Of a stretch of 64,000 nucleotides of DNA, positions 26,905-40,576 are shown piece after piece (within the stretch, counting starts at the first letter, position 1; every line of letters begins with the position of its first letter). The translations under genes and the position numbers were made by a program. The stretch is from positions 127,720,001 to 127,784,000 of the forward strand of contig NC_042999.1 of assembly GCF_006345805.1 (NCBI RefSeq), given 5' to 3'. The DNA is from Octopus sinensis. Its lineage: Eukaryota. The notes beneath the pieces are model-generated. The model was given only the letters and a program-made list of their open reading frames with translations, searched no databases and was not told where the DNA came from.

Positions 26905-27150
26905 ACTGGTTTGATGTTTCCTTTATGACAATTGCATTAGACTGATTTTGTACATTACCTTTGTGATAGTTATATTTAGCTTGTTATATAATGTCCCTGT
27001 TATGAAGTTTATGTTTGACTAGTTTTGGAACATTTCCTTTAGGAAGTTTAGAGTTGACTAGTTTTGTGAAGGTTATATCACACCAGTTTTGTGATGTTTC
27101 CTTTGTGAAGGTTATATTTGACTGGTTTTGTGAGGGATGTTCCTTAGGTA
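26905..27150. repeat. Degenerate minisatellite, about 39-bp period, about 6 units
   Basis: Approximate consensus gatgtttcctttgtgaaggttatatttgactggttttgt. Confidence 0.7.
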
Positions 27151-29119
27151 TTAATTTCATTGAAATATTTCACTCTTTTCATGGGAATATAATTTATCTC
27201 TATGTCATTGGTTCAAACAATTAATATAATAGATTACCCAGCTGCAAACACTTAATTGCTTAATTAGCAATTGGAAATATATTTTGCTCTAAATTTACTG
27301 TTGCAACAGAATGTGTCTTAATCAATAAGCCATCCAAGTCAAACAAATTGATATATAATTGCTAGAAAAATAATAACCAATCAGTTATTAATTAAAATTC
27401 TCTGTTAATTAGAATCTGTTCAGTGTTGCTGTATAAAATATTTCACTACAACGGTAAGAGCAAGTATGATAAATTATGTTTTATAATGCAGGTGAATGAG
27501 CGGTATAGAATATAAAATAACACCTTAAAACGCATTGTTCAACCCAGTACACCTCTTGTTAATATTTCTTGGTGCTTCAGGTATTTTGCTTAAATAGGAA
27601 GAAATGAGTTATGGCTTCCATGTAATTATAATGTATGCCAGTTGTTGCAGAATTATTGACATGGATAATTTATATAAATATGCAAAATATTTTAATTTTT
27701 TTTACATTTTTGTGCATATTAAAAATTTAGGCGTAATAGAGTTAGTTGATATTAATTAGTAAGTGAAATTTCTGTCATGACTAATTAATCAAAATATTTC
27801 TCTCCAATCACTGATTTTAAGCTGAAGGGAATACGCCAATCAAAATGATCTCTGATTTTTTTCTTTACAACTAGGAATATTCTTTATTCTCAAACTGATG
27901 TTTGCCCGCATCTTTTATTGACAATTTCACATAAGATGGTTATAAAAGTGTAAGAAGGCTGTTTTTCAGGGACCATTAGTCACTGCCAGTTTTTTGGTTT
28001 TTCACTTTATTTAAAAAAAATTTTTTGTATGGGAGTGGGTGGGTATTTTATTTTTCTTTTGTCTTCATACAAAAACTCAGGACAAATTTTTTTGGTGCTT
28101 CTGTTTGGCCTACCTCCACCAAAATGACATAACTGCCCTCTGACCTCTTGTTCTATGTGGCAAAATATGAATTCCCCTTCCTACTTCAAACAGATCATGC
28201 TCACAACTTGCATGAAAATGTCCGAAAACAAAAAGTAATTGTTGATGTAATACTTCATCACGGTTCATTAGAAGCTTTCTCTTTTGGACACAAATTTCAC
28301 CTCTCTCTCTCTCTGTACCTATCTATCTATCTCTATCTCTCTCACATACACACATAATCTTAAGATTTTAGCAATAATAGAAATGAAAGCTTATTTTCCA
28401 CGAGTAACACTGCCAATCCCTTTATTTTAAATGTTCATCCTTTTACAGAAAGGGATTTAAACAAATTTGAAGGCAGTCTTAAACCTCCCATCTCTCTTAC
28501 CCACAATGCAATTGTTTGTTGTTATAACAACATACACTTTGCTTAAACTATTGCTCATATCAATCTTCTTGCTGTTGTATAATTCTATTTTTCTCCCCTT
28601 CTTATATACTCTTTAAATTTTTTATGATGTGGGCAGGAGTATCTAGTCAGTATGACTTCCTCCAACATTGATTAGGGCAAATATTCTCTGGAATAATTTT
28701 ACCATTAACATGCAACAGATTTAGTTAGAAAAACACATCACAGTTTCACTTACACGTACAGGCACAGAGATATGTATTATTCACACACATTTTGTGCTGT
28801 TTGATTCTTATGAATATTTTCAAAACGTTTTCCTTTTTTTTTTTTTTTTTTTTTTTATAACTTGTAACATTATCGCTATCTCCTCCTCATCCTTCTCTTC
28901 CATTTCTGATTTATTTCTTTATATGTACAGATGATATTGTGTTGATTCTTACTCTTTTTTTAAAATCCTTTTGATAAACGTGATTGTAAAGATCATCTCT
29001 AAGTTTGTGTTCTTTCTCACATGTCATAAGAACCATTAAGGGACAAATTACTAGCATTACAACATAACTTTTTGTTCAAAAAAATATCAACTTCATCATT
29101 ATCATCATCATTATTATTT

Positions 29120-32100
29120 GAATAGAGTAGCAAGCAAAATGTCCTGCAGTATTCAGTTCTGTCCCTTTTACATTCTCAGCTCAAATTCCATCAGGGACAG
29201 CTTTATCTTTCACTCCACTTAGGATGACTGGATGAAGTAAAAGTACCAGGCAAATCGTTGGGTTTGATGTAATTGATTGTACCTTTCCTGACTTCTAAAA
29301 GATGTTTTTGTCCCTGTGCCTAAATTAGAAATTATTGTTGCTGTTGTTAAGGTGGCAAGTTGAAAAAATCATTAGTGCATCAGTCAAAATGCATAGTGGC
29401 ATTTCTTCCAGTTCTTTAAATTCTGAGTTCAAATCTTGCTGAGGTCAACTTTGCCTTTCAACCTTTCAGGGTTGATAGAGTAAAATATCAAAATCGACCT
29501 CCCCATCCCTTCAAAATCTTTGGCTTTGTGCCAAAATTGAAATGGATTGTCATTAAGTAGTGAGCTGGCAGAATTGTTACTGTGCCAGACACAATGCTTA
29601 GCAATGTTTCTTCTGACTCTTTATATTTTGAGATCAAATCTGTCAAGGTCCTTTTTACTTTTGTTCCTTTTAGGGTCTGTAAAATTAAGCAGCAGTGAAA
29701 CACTGGGGTCAATGTAATTTGCTAATCCCCTCACCCTAAAATTGCTGGCCTTGTGCCAAAATTTGAAACCATTATTATTAAAGTAGCAAGCTGGCAAAAT
29801 GCTTAGCAGCATATCATCTATCTTTATGTTCTGAGTTCAAATTCCGCCGAAGTTGACTTTGCCTTTCATCCTTTTGGGGTTGATAAATTAAGTACCATTG
29901 AAACACTTGGGTCGATGTAATTGATTAGTCCCCTCTCCCCAAATTTCAGGCCTTGTGCCTTTAGTAGAAAGGATTATTATTAATATTAAGGTGGCAAGCT
30001 GGCAGAATCGTTAGCATGCCATGCAAAATGCTTCATGGTATTTCATCTGCCTTTGTGTTCTGAGATCAAATTTCGCCACGGTCAGCTTTGTCTTTCATCT
30101 TTTCAGGGTTGATAAGTACCAGTGAAACACTGAGGTCATTGTAATCGACTAGTCCCCTCCCAAAAAATTTCAGGTCTTGTGCTTTTAATAGGAAGGATTA
30201 TTATTATTATTATTAGAGCAATGAGCTGACAGAATTATTACCATGCCTGAAAAAATGCTTAGCACCATTACTTCTGGTTCTGTACATTCTGAGGTCAACT
30301 TTGCCTTTCAGCCTTTTGAGCTTGATAAAATAAGTACCAGTCAAACACTGGGGTCAGTATAATCAAACAGCCGCCTCCCACAAAAATTTCAGGTCTTGAA
30401 AGGATTATTATCATTATTATTATTGAAGGCAGCAAGCTGGCAGAGTCACTAGCACACTGGGCAAAATGCTAGTAGCATTTCGTCTGTCTTTACACTCTGA
30501 ATTCAAATTCTGCCAAGGTTAACTTAGCTGTTCATCCTTTTAGGGTCAGTAAAATAAGTACCAGTCAAGTACTGGGAGCGATGTGACCAACTTTCCCCAT
30601 CCCCCAAAATTTCAGGCCTTGTGCCAATAGTAGAAAGGATTATTATCATTACCAGTGGAATGCATGTTACACAATTGCAATATTTGACAAGCTAGGCTTA
30701 TGACCTGATTTCTCTCCTCAGTTGGATCTGCTTCACTTCTGTTCTTATCGCCTTTATATATAAAGATAAAAGAAGACATCAATGTCATCAGTCCAGTTCC
30801 CTTCTGTTGGTCTGAGGCATTCAGTAATTTTAATATTAATAATACTAGTAGTAGTGGCAGTTGAAAGTTACTTTGTTTTTTTTTTTCTTTCCCTTGCTCC
30901 CAGTCTGTTTCTTGAAACATCATCTTCCCTTTTTATTTTAAACTATGTCTTACAGCCTTGCAGTTTATTTTTGTGGGTGTAAAGACAGTGGAACATACCT
31001 GTATTGTATTAATTGCTCTGAAACTGAATAATACTTCATCCCATCCTTCCTCTCTGCTAATGCATCCATCTGGTCCACATGCCCTACAGACATTAACATG
31101 CTGGATTTAAAAGTATATATCAATCTCACTGAGTTCTTTCTCTACTCTAATAGAACCCTGCCGAAGTGAACTCCTGGGGTTGATAAAGTACCACTCAGTG
31201 TATCTGATCTCTCCCTTCTCTCAAAAATTGTTGGCCTTATGCCAACATTTAAAACAACTATTATTAGTATTATTATTGGTGAGTTGGCAGAATTATTAGT
31301 GTCAGAAAAAATGCCATGTGGAAATTGTTTTGGGAGTTTACATTCTGATTTCAAATCCTGCTGAGGTCTATTCTACCTTTCATCCTTCTGGGGTCAACAG
31401 TATCAGCAAACAACCTCTTTTCAAAATTGCTGGCCTTGTATCTATCTCAGAAACAATCATCATCATTATCATTGTAATTATTATTACTATTAAGGTGGCA
31501 AGCTGGCAGAATCCTAAGCATACCAGGCAAAATGCTTTGCAGCATTTCATCTGTCTTTACATTCTGAGTTCAAATTCCACCAAGGTCAACTTTATTGTTC
31601 ATCCTTTTGGGATCGATAAATTAAGTAGCAGTTAAATACTGGAGTCAATGTGATTGACCCATCCCCTCCTCCAAAATTTCAGGCCTTGTGCCTTTAGTAG
31701 AAAAGATTATTATTATTAGGTGGTGGTTTAAGGTAGCAAACTGGCAGAATCATTAGCACACTGGGCAAACTGCTTAGTGGCATTTCATCTATCTTTACAT
31801 TCTGAGTTCAAATTCTGCTGGGGTTGACTTTGCTTTTCAGGGTTGATAAAAATAAGTACCAGTTGATCACTGGAGTCAATGTAATTGACTTACTCCCACC
31901 CCAAAAATTGCTTGCCTTGAGCCAAAGTTATTATTATTATTATTATTGTTATTATTAGGTGATGGATTGGCAGAACCATAAGAATTTCGGATGAAATGCT
32001 TTGTGGTATTTCTTTTGTTCAACTGGTACTTGTTTTGTCAATGCCGAAAGAATAAAGTGCAGAGCCAACTTCTGCAGAATTTTAACTCAGAACCTAAAGT

Positions 32101-33505
32101 CAGAAGAAATACCACTAAGCATTTTTCCCGGCTTGGTGATGATTCTGCCAGCTCATCACTTTACAATTATTATTATTAGTATCGAAAAAGGTGGTAGAAT
32201 CATAAGCTTAGTGGTATTTCATCTGGCTGTACATTCTGAGTTCAAATTCTGCTGATATCAACTCTGCCTTTCATCCTTTCAGGGTTGATAACATAAGCAC
32301 CAATCAAGCACTAGAATTGATGTGATTGAATTATCCACTCCCTTAAAATTTCAGGACTGTGCCTACGGTAGTAATGATTATTAATATTATTCAGAGTAGT
32401 AGCTGGCAATAACCTGTAGATCATTTATTGGACAATGCTTTGCAGGATTCCTTTTACAATTCTTGACATACAGGGTTTAAATTCCACCATGGTCATATTT
32501 CCCATTAATCTTTCTGGGAGTTGTAAAATAAGTACCAGTCATGTATTGAGCTGATTTTAACCAATATTTATTTTCCCCATCAAGAACAAAATAGTGGGTC
32601 TTATTGTTCTGTTAAGTCAGTGAATTGGCAGTCATTAGTGTCAGAACAAAATACATCACATTATTTGCTCTGGCTCACTACACTCTGAGTTCAAATCCAA
32701 CAGAAATCATCTTTATCTTTCATCCTCTGAGTTCAGAGTAGATGTGGGTTGGTTTGATATGTTCAAGCATTGGATAAAATGCTTTGTGTTAGCCATTTTG
32801 TTTCTTTACATTCTGTTTTTTTGGTGGGGTAGATTTAACATATCATTTGGTTTCAAACCCACCTCCTGGTAGCTTGGGTGTCTTTAATGTAGTGCAATCT
32901 GTTGGGGATATTTAGGTCAGAACTTTGATTTTAGGATAAATTCCTCTTTTCTCCTCTCTTGCCAGTCTCAGCACCTTGACAAAACAAAGGACTACGGACA
33001 TTCCTCTTTCATCCCTAACAATACAGAATATATATATATATATGTGGGTGAATACATATTTATATTTATTTTTTTATTGGTTTCAACCAAAGGCTGAGAC
33101 CATGCTGGAACACACATACATAAATATATATATATATATGTACATATGTATGTGTGTATATATATGTGTGTATTTATATATGAACATATGTATGTGTGTA
33201 TATACGTGCATGTACATATGTGTATGTATTTAAATGCATATATGTAAGTATATACTTTTGTGTATATGTAAATGCATATATATATCATATATAATTCATA
33301 TATCTAACACGCATTATAAATATAATGCATGTCAGAGAAACGGTTTATGGTATTTTTCTGAGTTCAGACCCCACCAAGATCAACTGTACCTTTCATCCCC
33401 TCAGGGGTCCATAAAATAAAAGTACCAGTAATACTGGAGAAACTATGATACTGACTAACCCCCACAAAATTACTGGCTTTGTACTTAAATCAGAAATCAT
33501 TATTA
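29120..33505 (+). mobile_element. Dense head-to-tail cluster of tRNA-derived SINEs (at least 14 full or partial copies, nearly all +)
   Basis: Recurring A-box-like TGGCAGAAT, B-box-like GAGTTCAAATTC, core CCTTTCATCC..GGGGT.GATAAA.TAAGTACCAG and (ATT)n tails. One - copy at about 32040-32160. Confidence 0.9.
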
Positions 33506-34011
33506 TTATATCTGAAGAAGCTCACAAGTTGATGATGGGTATATGCATTCATTATTTGTTGCCACATTGTCTAGAACCCTTGCCACTAAATCTTGCTGGT
33601 AATTGGTACAACAAAGAGTCAGTCCCCTTTTTTTCCTTCTTCTATCTTTTGTCCCTCTGATGGTGCTCGAACCTATGGCAACTAGAACTTTAGTCAGTAC
33701 ATTAATACACGGTTCATGGTTTATGCTAAAATATGAAAGAGAACAATGAAAATTTTCTCAGTTTTTTGTACATGGCAGATGTGGTATTTGTGAGTTGTAA
33801 TTTCAATTTTTGCATTTCATTTTTATTTCCTAAATTATTAGATCTACATTATTTTCATAGTCATGTTAAATGGCTATATATTGTGATTAGTAAACCTTGC
33901 ATTATTTTTCTTCTGACTTGTCATTTCCTCAAGCAGGAGAGGTTACTATTTGTTTTCATACAACAGAATGTCTTATTATAAGTTCATACATCTCTCTTTC
34001 TCTCTCTCACA

Positions 34012-34046
<35 letters not shown>

Positions 34047-37000
34047 ACACACACACGCTTGCTCTCTTCCAGAATAGTGTTTGTAAATGTGTGTTGATCA
34101 AGTATGTTGTGAACAAGTATATATTTATAAGTGTATGTATACTTGTCACACATGCACTTCAGTTCTGTTTTAGACAATATACAAACACAAGAACAATGAT
34201 ATAAAATTTTGGTAAATAAGAGGTAAGGTTCCAGCAAGTTGAGTTCACAAACTTGCTTTGATTCCTGGTTGAAGAACTATTTCAAAGTTGTTATAAGCTA
34301 TCAAACTATCCCTTTCTCTCTTTCACTATATAAATATACAACCTTATTGTCTAAGGAAGAAATCCTTATTAACAAAATTGTAGAAGATAAGTGCAGTAGG
34401 CATAAATTCAATTTCTGGTAGAGAATAGGCAGTGTCATTAGAGCATCAGAGGAAATGTCTGCAATATTTTTTCTGTCTTCTTGCGTTCTGGGTTCAAATC
34501 CCACCAAGGTCAACTTTGTCTTTCATCATTCCAGAGTTGGTAAAGTACCAGTCTAGAACCATGGACTGATGAATTCATTGAAGCATCAGACCAGAAATCT
34601 TGTAGAATATGTTCTGGTTCTTTCTCAGTATTCTGAGTTCAAATCTTACAGTGACCTACTTAATGTTTTGACTTAAATTTGTCTCTTGATTTAACACCAC
34701 CTGATCCTTGGGTGCTGTATCAGGGTAGATTTTATTGCAGGCATTTGATCCAGGTTTCCAGTTTGAGGATATTTTCTTCTTGTCCCCCCCACTGTCAGTC
34801 TCGGCAGCCCTGTAAAACATTATGGTATTGCCCTTCCCTCTGTTGATTAAGTGATATAAAGTTTTAGCCATTTTTCCACTAATGTTCTTCAAAAACAAAA
34901 ACAAAATGTTTATCATTTTATATTTGTAGGAAGTCAACAATAGATTTCTATGAAACTTCATCATAGCAGCTCTCTATTTGACAATTAGCTATCCTAATAA
35001 TGTTAAGTTTTTTCTAATGATATATACTGGTATGTGATTATAGTTACTACTCCTCCCCCTCCATTTCTTTCTTGCATATTGCCAAGAAAAGAAGTTGTGA
35101 CTTTTATGCCTATTTTCCTTCTAAAGATTTAAAGCCCATAACTCTGTAGAAATGATTATTTCTGCTCTCATTATCAGACTATGTTATATAGGGATAATTT
35201 ATCAATGATAGTTTCCACAATTATCTACACCATGTACGTTGCTAATGCCTGAGTGCAAAACGTGAACAATATACTTTCTGATATCTGTGCATACTACATC
35301 CCCCACCCTTCTTGTCTAAAAATTTATGTTGTATGGTATTTGGTATACCTACATTAGTTTATATTGTCCAAATACAAGCCACTGGCCACACTAAGTTGTC
35401 TTATCTCATTTTTGCATAAGTCTAAGTCCTTGGCAACTAGAGATAGGTTAAGACAACTGTCATGCTGATGATACCTATTGAAACAGAAACACTTATCTGT
35501 GACTCTCTTCTTAACTCCACACAATAAACCTGTGTTTTTCCTTAATGTCATGTCAACATTTAGCGAATTCTTGATTCTTGAGATTATCTCCCCTTCTCAT
35601 ATGGAGCTGTTCTTATTTTCCATTTGGTAATTATGACACACCCTCTAGAGGCAGAGATAATTTTAATAAATCAAGAATTTATGTTGTATGATATTTGACA
35701 TACCTGTATTTGTGTTGTTCCAATACATGCCACTGGCCACCCTAAATTTGTCCTCTTGGCCCATGTTTGTTTAAATCATGCATGTACACATGTACAAACA
35801 AACCATCCCAAAATTTTTCCCTTGAATGTGAATTATATATGTTTTATTCCTACCAAATTCTTCTCATCTCACTATATTTGTGAGCAGAGAAACTGTTAGA
35901 ATGTTGGCTCCAAATCAAATTTGATATTTGTATCCCCTTACATATTTTTCCACAGCGGAAGGTAAAATGTTCATGTTTTCTAAAGGACATTAGTAATGAG
36001 TTTATTTTATAACTATTAAATTTGTCTTGCCACTCAAGACAGGGTCCTTAGCTTAGAATGCACTACATCCCTAGCTATAACATCTAATTATGTCATGGAT
36101 TTTAGAGCAAAAGCTGAAATTTTTATTCTGCCAGGAGTTAATGAAATAAGTGAAATGGTTTCTCTCATGTTGTAAACTCACTTCATCAGAATCTTACCTC
36201 AACACTACATTGTTATAAACATTTTTGTGTCTGTTCCTATGTCACAATTCTATCAACACAGCTCCAAGTCATTTGTATGTGTGTGAGTGTGTTTTACTCT
36301 TTGTAATTTCAAATTGACTGAGCTTAATGGCATAATGTCAGCTAGACATTAATCATCTGGGAATTTGTTTAACTAGGTAAGCTTCATTTTACCTGTGGTT
36401 TGTTTTTCTTACATGGAAACATGAGAACTGTCACCTTTGACTTTATATTAATTAATTAATCTGATGAACTGGAAATAGTGGCTCTGGCTAAATTTAAAGT
36501 ACTAAATTCAAATGTCGCCAAGCTTTTCCTGTAAACTCTTTTTCTTGAAAAAAAAAACAAAAAAGAAAATGACTATACCTATTTTAACTGTCAATTTTAT
36601 GAGTATTTTATACATCAACTTTCTCTTTCGTGCTCCCCACTACCATCTTTTTTTTATGGTTCTAAGTATCATAAAACTAATGCATAAAACAGACTACATA
36701 TATATATGTAGTCTTTTTTGAAGTTCGTTTTAAAATCACTCATTTTCCATTTCCAACTGTCTACCTTGCCATTGAGAAGTAATTTAAATCAGCTGTGATC
36801 TGTTGCTTTCCAGTTGATGTTTCAGATTGTCTTTTATTCGTTTCTACAGCGACTTTATTAAAATCGACGGCAGTTAAAAAGAATCTGTTCATACAGATTT
36901 GTGAATGAATTCCTTTCTAAAGTGGTATCATCTGGAAAATTGTAATCGATACTGATCTCCATAATTTCCTTTTCTTTTTGTAAAGAACACATTTAAAGCA

Positions 37001-38712
37001 ACATTTAAATTTGTTTTCAAGTATTTTAATCTAAAAAGACAAAAAAAAAAATCTGACTACACAATTACGATTTAGTCAACGGTTCTAAGGATAATTTTGG
37101 GCTGTGATATTTTTAAGTAATACTTGAGTGATTAATCTTTATAATGTCTTTCTTTTTTTTTTCTGCAATTTCCACCAGTTTCTGTCTGTGATAAGTTGTT
37201 AAGCAACATGCTACGTACAGCAGAAAGCTTCTCTTAAAAGGTTAACTTAGGCAAAGAACTAGACGTTCTACTACTCAGGGAAAGTCCAATTATTAAGAAT
37301 AGACCTTAATAGCTTCTGTAGTTTCAGACCTTAATAGCTTCTACAGTTTCTATTTGATTCTTTTCTGCTATTTAGATTCTTAGACAAAAGCAGCTTATTG
37401 TGATCCTTTATACAGTTTATTTTATCATATAAATGAAAACCAAATGGGTGAATCGTTGTCCAATGTTATTAGTTGAAATCAGTGTATCAGTTTAATAATA
37501 TAAGATAAGAAAAGGAAGCAAAAGTGCAAAAATTATTTCAAGATAATCTGTGGTAACTAGCATATCTTTACTGTGTGTGCTTCTTGAGGTGATAGTCACT
37601 TATAATTTGTTTTGTAATTTAAAGTATTGCTAAAGAAAACAACAAAAATAAACAAGTCGATGGTGTGGTAGGGGTGGCTATAAAAAATAAAAAAACATTG
37701 AACTCTTCTCTCTTTTAATTCATAGCTACAGTATAGTTACTGCTGTTTTAATGCAGCTTTAAAGAGAAAGAGAAATGCGGGAGATCTTAAGTATCTTTCA
37801 AATGGCAAGTTAAAAGTTTTGTATTGATTGTTGCCGAAGATATAAAATATTGATCGTATAACTTCTCAGGATTTTGTGAAACATTAACGCAGTGTCTTCT
37901 TCATTTTTTCTCCATTTTTCCTTTTTCTTTTTCTTTTTTTTTTTTCCAAACCTTTGATGTCTTTTAGTTTTCTGTCTGTGCCTTTGGTCGGGAGAGGTTA
38001 ACAAAATTTGCTGGAATTTTTTTTTTCCTTCATGTAAATATATTTTCCATATGAAACAAATCATTACAATATCAAAGTTGAACATCATTTAGTACATAAC
38101 TGGGCAGTTAGATATCAAGTTACTAATTCTGATAGATGCAATGGTGGAGTAGTGGGTAAAGTACTGAAAGCCTCGTTACCTCGAATCGGGAGTTCAAGTT
38201 ACACCCCAGACATTATATGGTTGACCAAGGCATTTAATCTGATTTGCATCCCTTCATTTAAATCTCTACTTTAATCTGAGACTTCGTGCCTCATTTAAGA
38301 TATTTTAATGTCAGATATTATTTATGTTGGACTGGTGAATTTTTTCAACATACTGAATTGCCTACCATACTCTTTGCTTTGCAAAATTTCCTCTCCACAT
38401 CATGGAAGCTTTCATTTTCTTCTTGCTTCATGCTTAATTATGGAATCATTATCATTGTCATCATTATCAACAATACAAGTGGTGCATATATTGATCAGTT
38501 GTTAGATGTAATTCTGAGGGGGTTTTTTTTTCTAACTCTTTCTCATACAGTATCAATTTCCATTTTTTTTCCAGCTAACAAACTGTGTATACACATCATG
38601 TATACAGCATTGATTATGCCTTACTTGAACAGGAGGCTTACAATCAAATATAGGGCAATGCATACACACATGCATGTAATATTTAGACACATATATATGT
38701 ATATATAGGACA

Positions 38713-38750
<38 letters not shown>

Positions 38751-38758
38751 CATATATA

Positions 38759-38791
<33 letters not shown>

Positions 38792-38820
38792 GTATTTAGA
38801 CACACACACATATATTTATA

Positions 38821-38862
<42 letters not shown>

Positions 38863-38879
38863 TATATATATATATATAG

Positions 38880-38910
<31 letters not shown>

Positions 38911-38930
38911 TATATATATATATAATATAG

Positions 38931-38980
<50 letters not shown>

Positions 38981-39006
38981 GACATATATATATATATATA
39001 GACATA

Positions 39007-39039
<33 letters not shown>

Positions 39040-39118
39040 GTATTTAGACACACACACACATATATTTATATATATATACACATATTTATACATATATACA
39101 CATATTTATATATATATT

Positions 39119-39962
39119 TACTTGTATAGCAAGTAACCTGATCTGAGATTGTGTGCTGGAACAAAAACAATTGCAGCGTGGAAGGTATTAATAAGCCATT
39201 TAAAATGGCGAAAATGCTATATGCCCCCTATACTGCAACAAGTTCTGGAATAGGTTGGAGAGGGACTCCAACAAAAGGAATAAAAACAATACTTTGTATG
39301 ATAACAAGAAGTTTCAGTGTAATGTTTGTTAACACTACATCTAAGAACAAATTAAGTAAGGCATTTAAGAAAATCCTGCACACAACTGGCCTTATGATCA
39401 AAGTTGTAGAAAAGACAGGTAGGACTATCAAATCTGTATTAAGTAGATCTTACCCATTTGATAGAATCACGTATCAGAATAATTGTGCAATATATTCTTC
39501 AAACCCACATGTGAACTGCAAAATGGAGAGCACTGTATACCAGATTAAGTGCCAAGAAGGAGCTTGCACGATTATCCCAGAGTCATATATTGGTGAGACT
39601 TCTAGGAGCATCAATGATAAGTTCAAAGAACACCTGGACAACTACATTGAAAAGAAACCAAACTCCATCTTCTATCAGCATGCTGTAGACTGCTACAAGG
39701 GCTCCTTAGGGAGACTTAAGTTAAACATCATATATACACATCCCACTGATGCAATGCTGAAACAAGTCACTGAAGCTGTCGGTATACAAGAATAGGAACC
39801 CACTCAACTGTAAATCTGAATGGGATAACACCCAGATTCCACTCAGGACAATCTTTTTCTGAAAAAAGTGAAACCAGTCAAGTTAATAAACATCTTTAAA
39901 ATTGCATTTCAAACCTTCTTTCATATATATTTCCACTCATGCAGTACCTAACAACTTTATTT

Positions 39963-39967
<5 letters not shown>
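39119..39967 (+). mobile_element. Penelope-like element 3' remnant (linker plus C-terminal GIY-YIG endonuclease)
   Basis: ORF 39151-39795 contains STVYQIKC...YIGETSRSINDKFKEH...FYQH...EAVGI. Bounded by (TA)n arrays on both sides. Confidence 0.9.
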
Positions 39968-40003
<36 letters not shown>

Positions 40004-40576
40004 AGTATATGTATGTGTGTATCTGTATATATATTTATATATATATGTATATATATATATATATGTGTGTGTGTATATATATATATATATTTATGTAGAT
40101 ATATGTATTTATATATATATGTATATATATATATATTTATTTATATATATATATATATATATGTATAAATATTTTTATGTAGATATATGTATTTATATAT
40201 ATATGTATAAATATTGATATATTTATATATATATATGTATAAATATTGATATATATATATATTTATATATATGTATAAATATTGATATATATATTTATAT
40301 ATATTTCATTCAGTGAGAGTTAGAGGTTGTGAATCCAAGTAACTAAATGATAGCACCAATCTAATATACTGCTGGTAGTGTACCCAATTATTGATACCTA
40401 AGTGCTGGTTATTGTGTGGCAATTTCACTATTGAGCATAATAAATGGGTGAGAGTAAAAATTGGTTTACCTTTAGTTTGTACAGCAAGATGAAAATGGAG
40501 GGGATACAGAAATAGTATACATCAACTGTTAGGAATAATGTACTGTACCTACAGTACATTAACTGACCCTCTTAAA

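Noticed and set aside
30705-30752. Additional minus-strand exon GDKNRSEADPTEERNQ
   Set aside because: Its phase does not chain with the neighbouring candidate exon and the splice sites are weak.
29120-33505. CRISPR-like or satellite array
   Set aside because: The units are about 200-bp diverged SINEs with Pol III boxes and tails, not short identical repeats with unique spacers. The DNA is eukaryotic.
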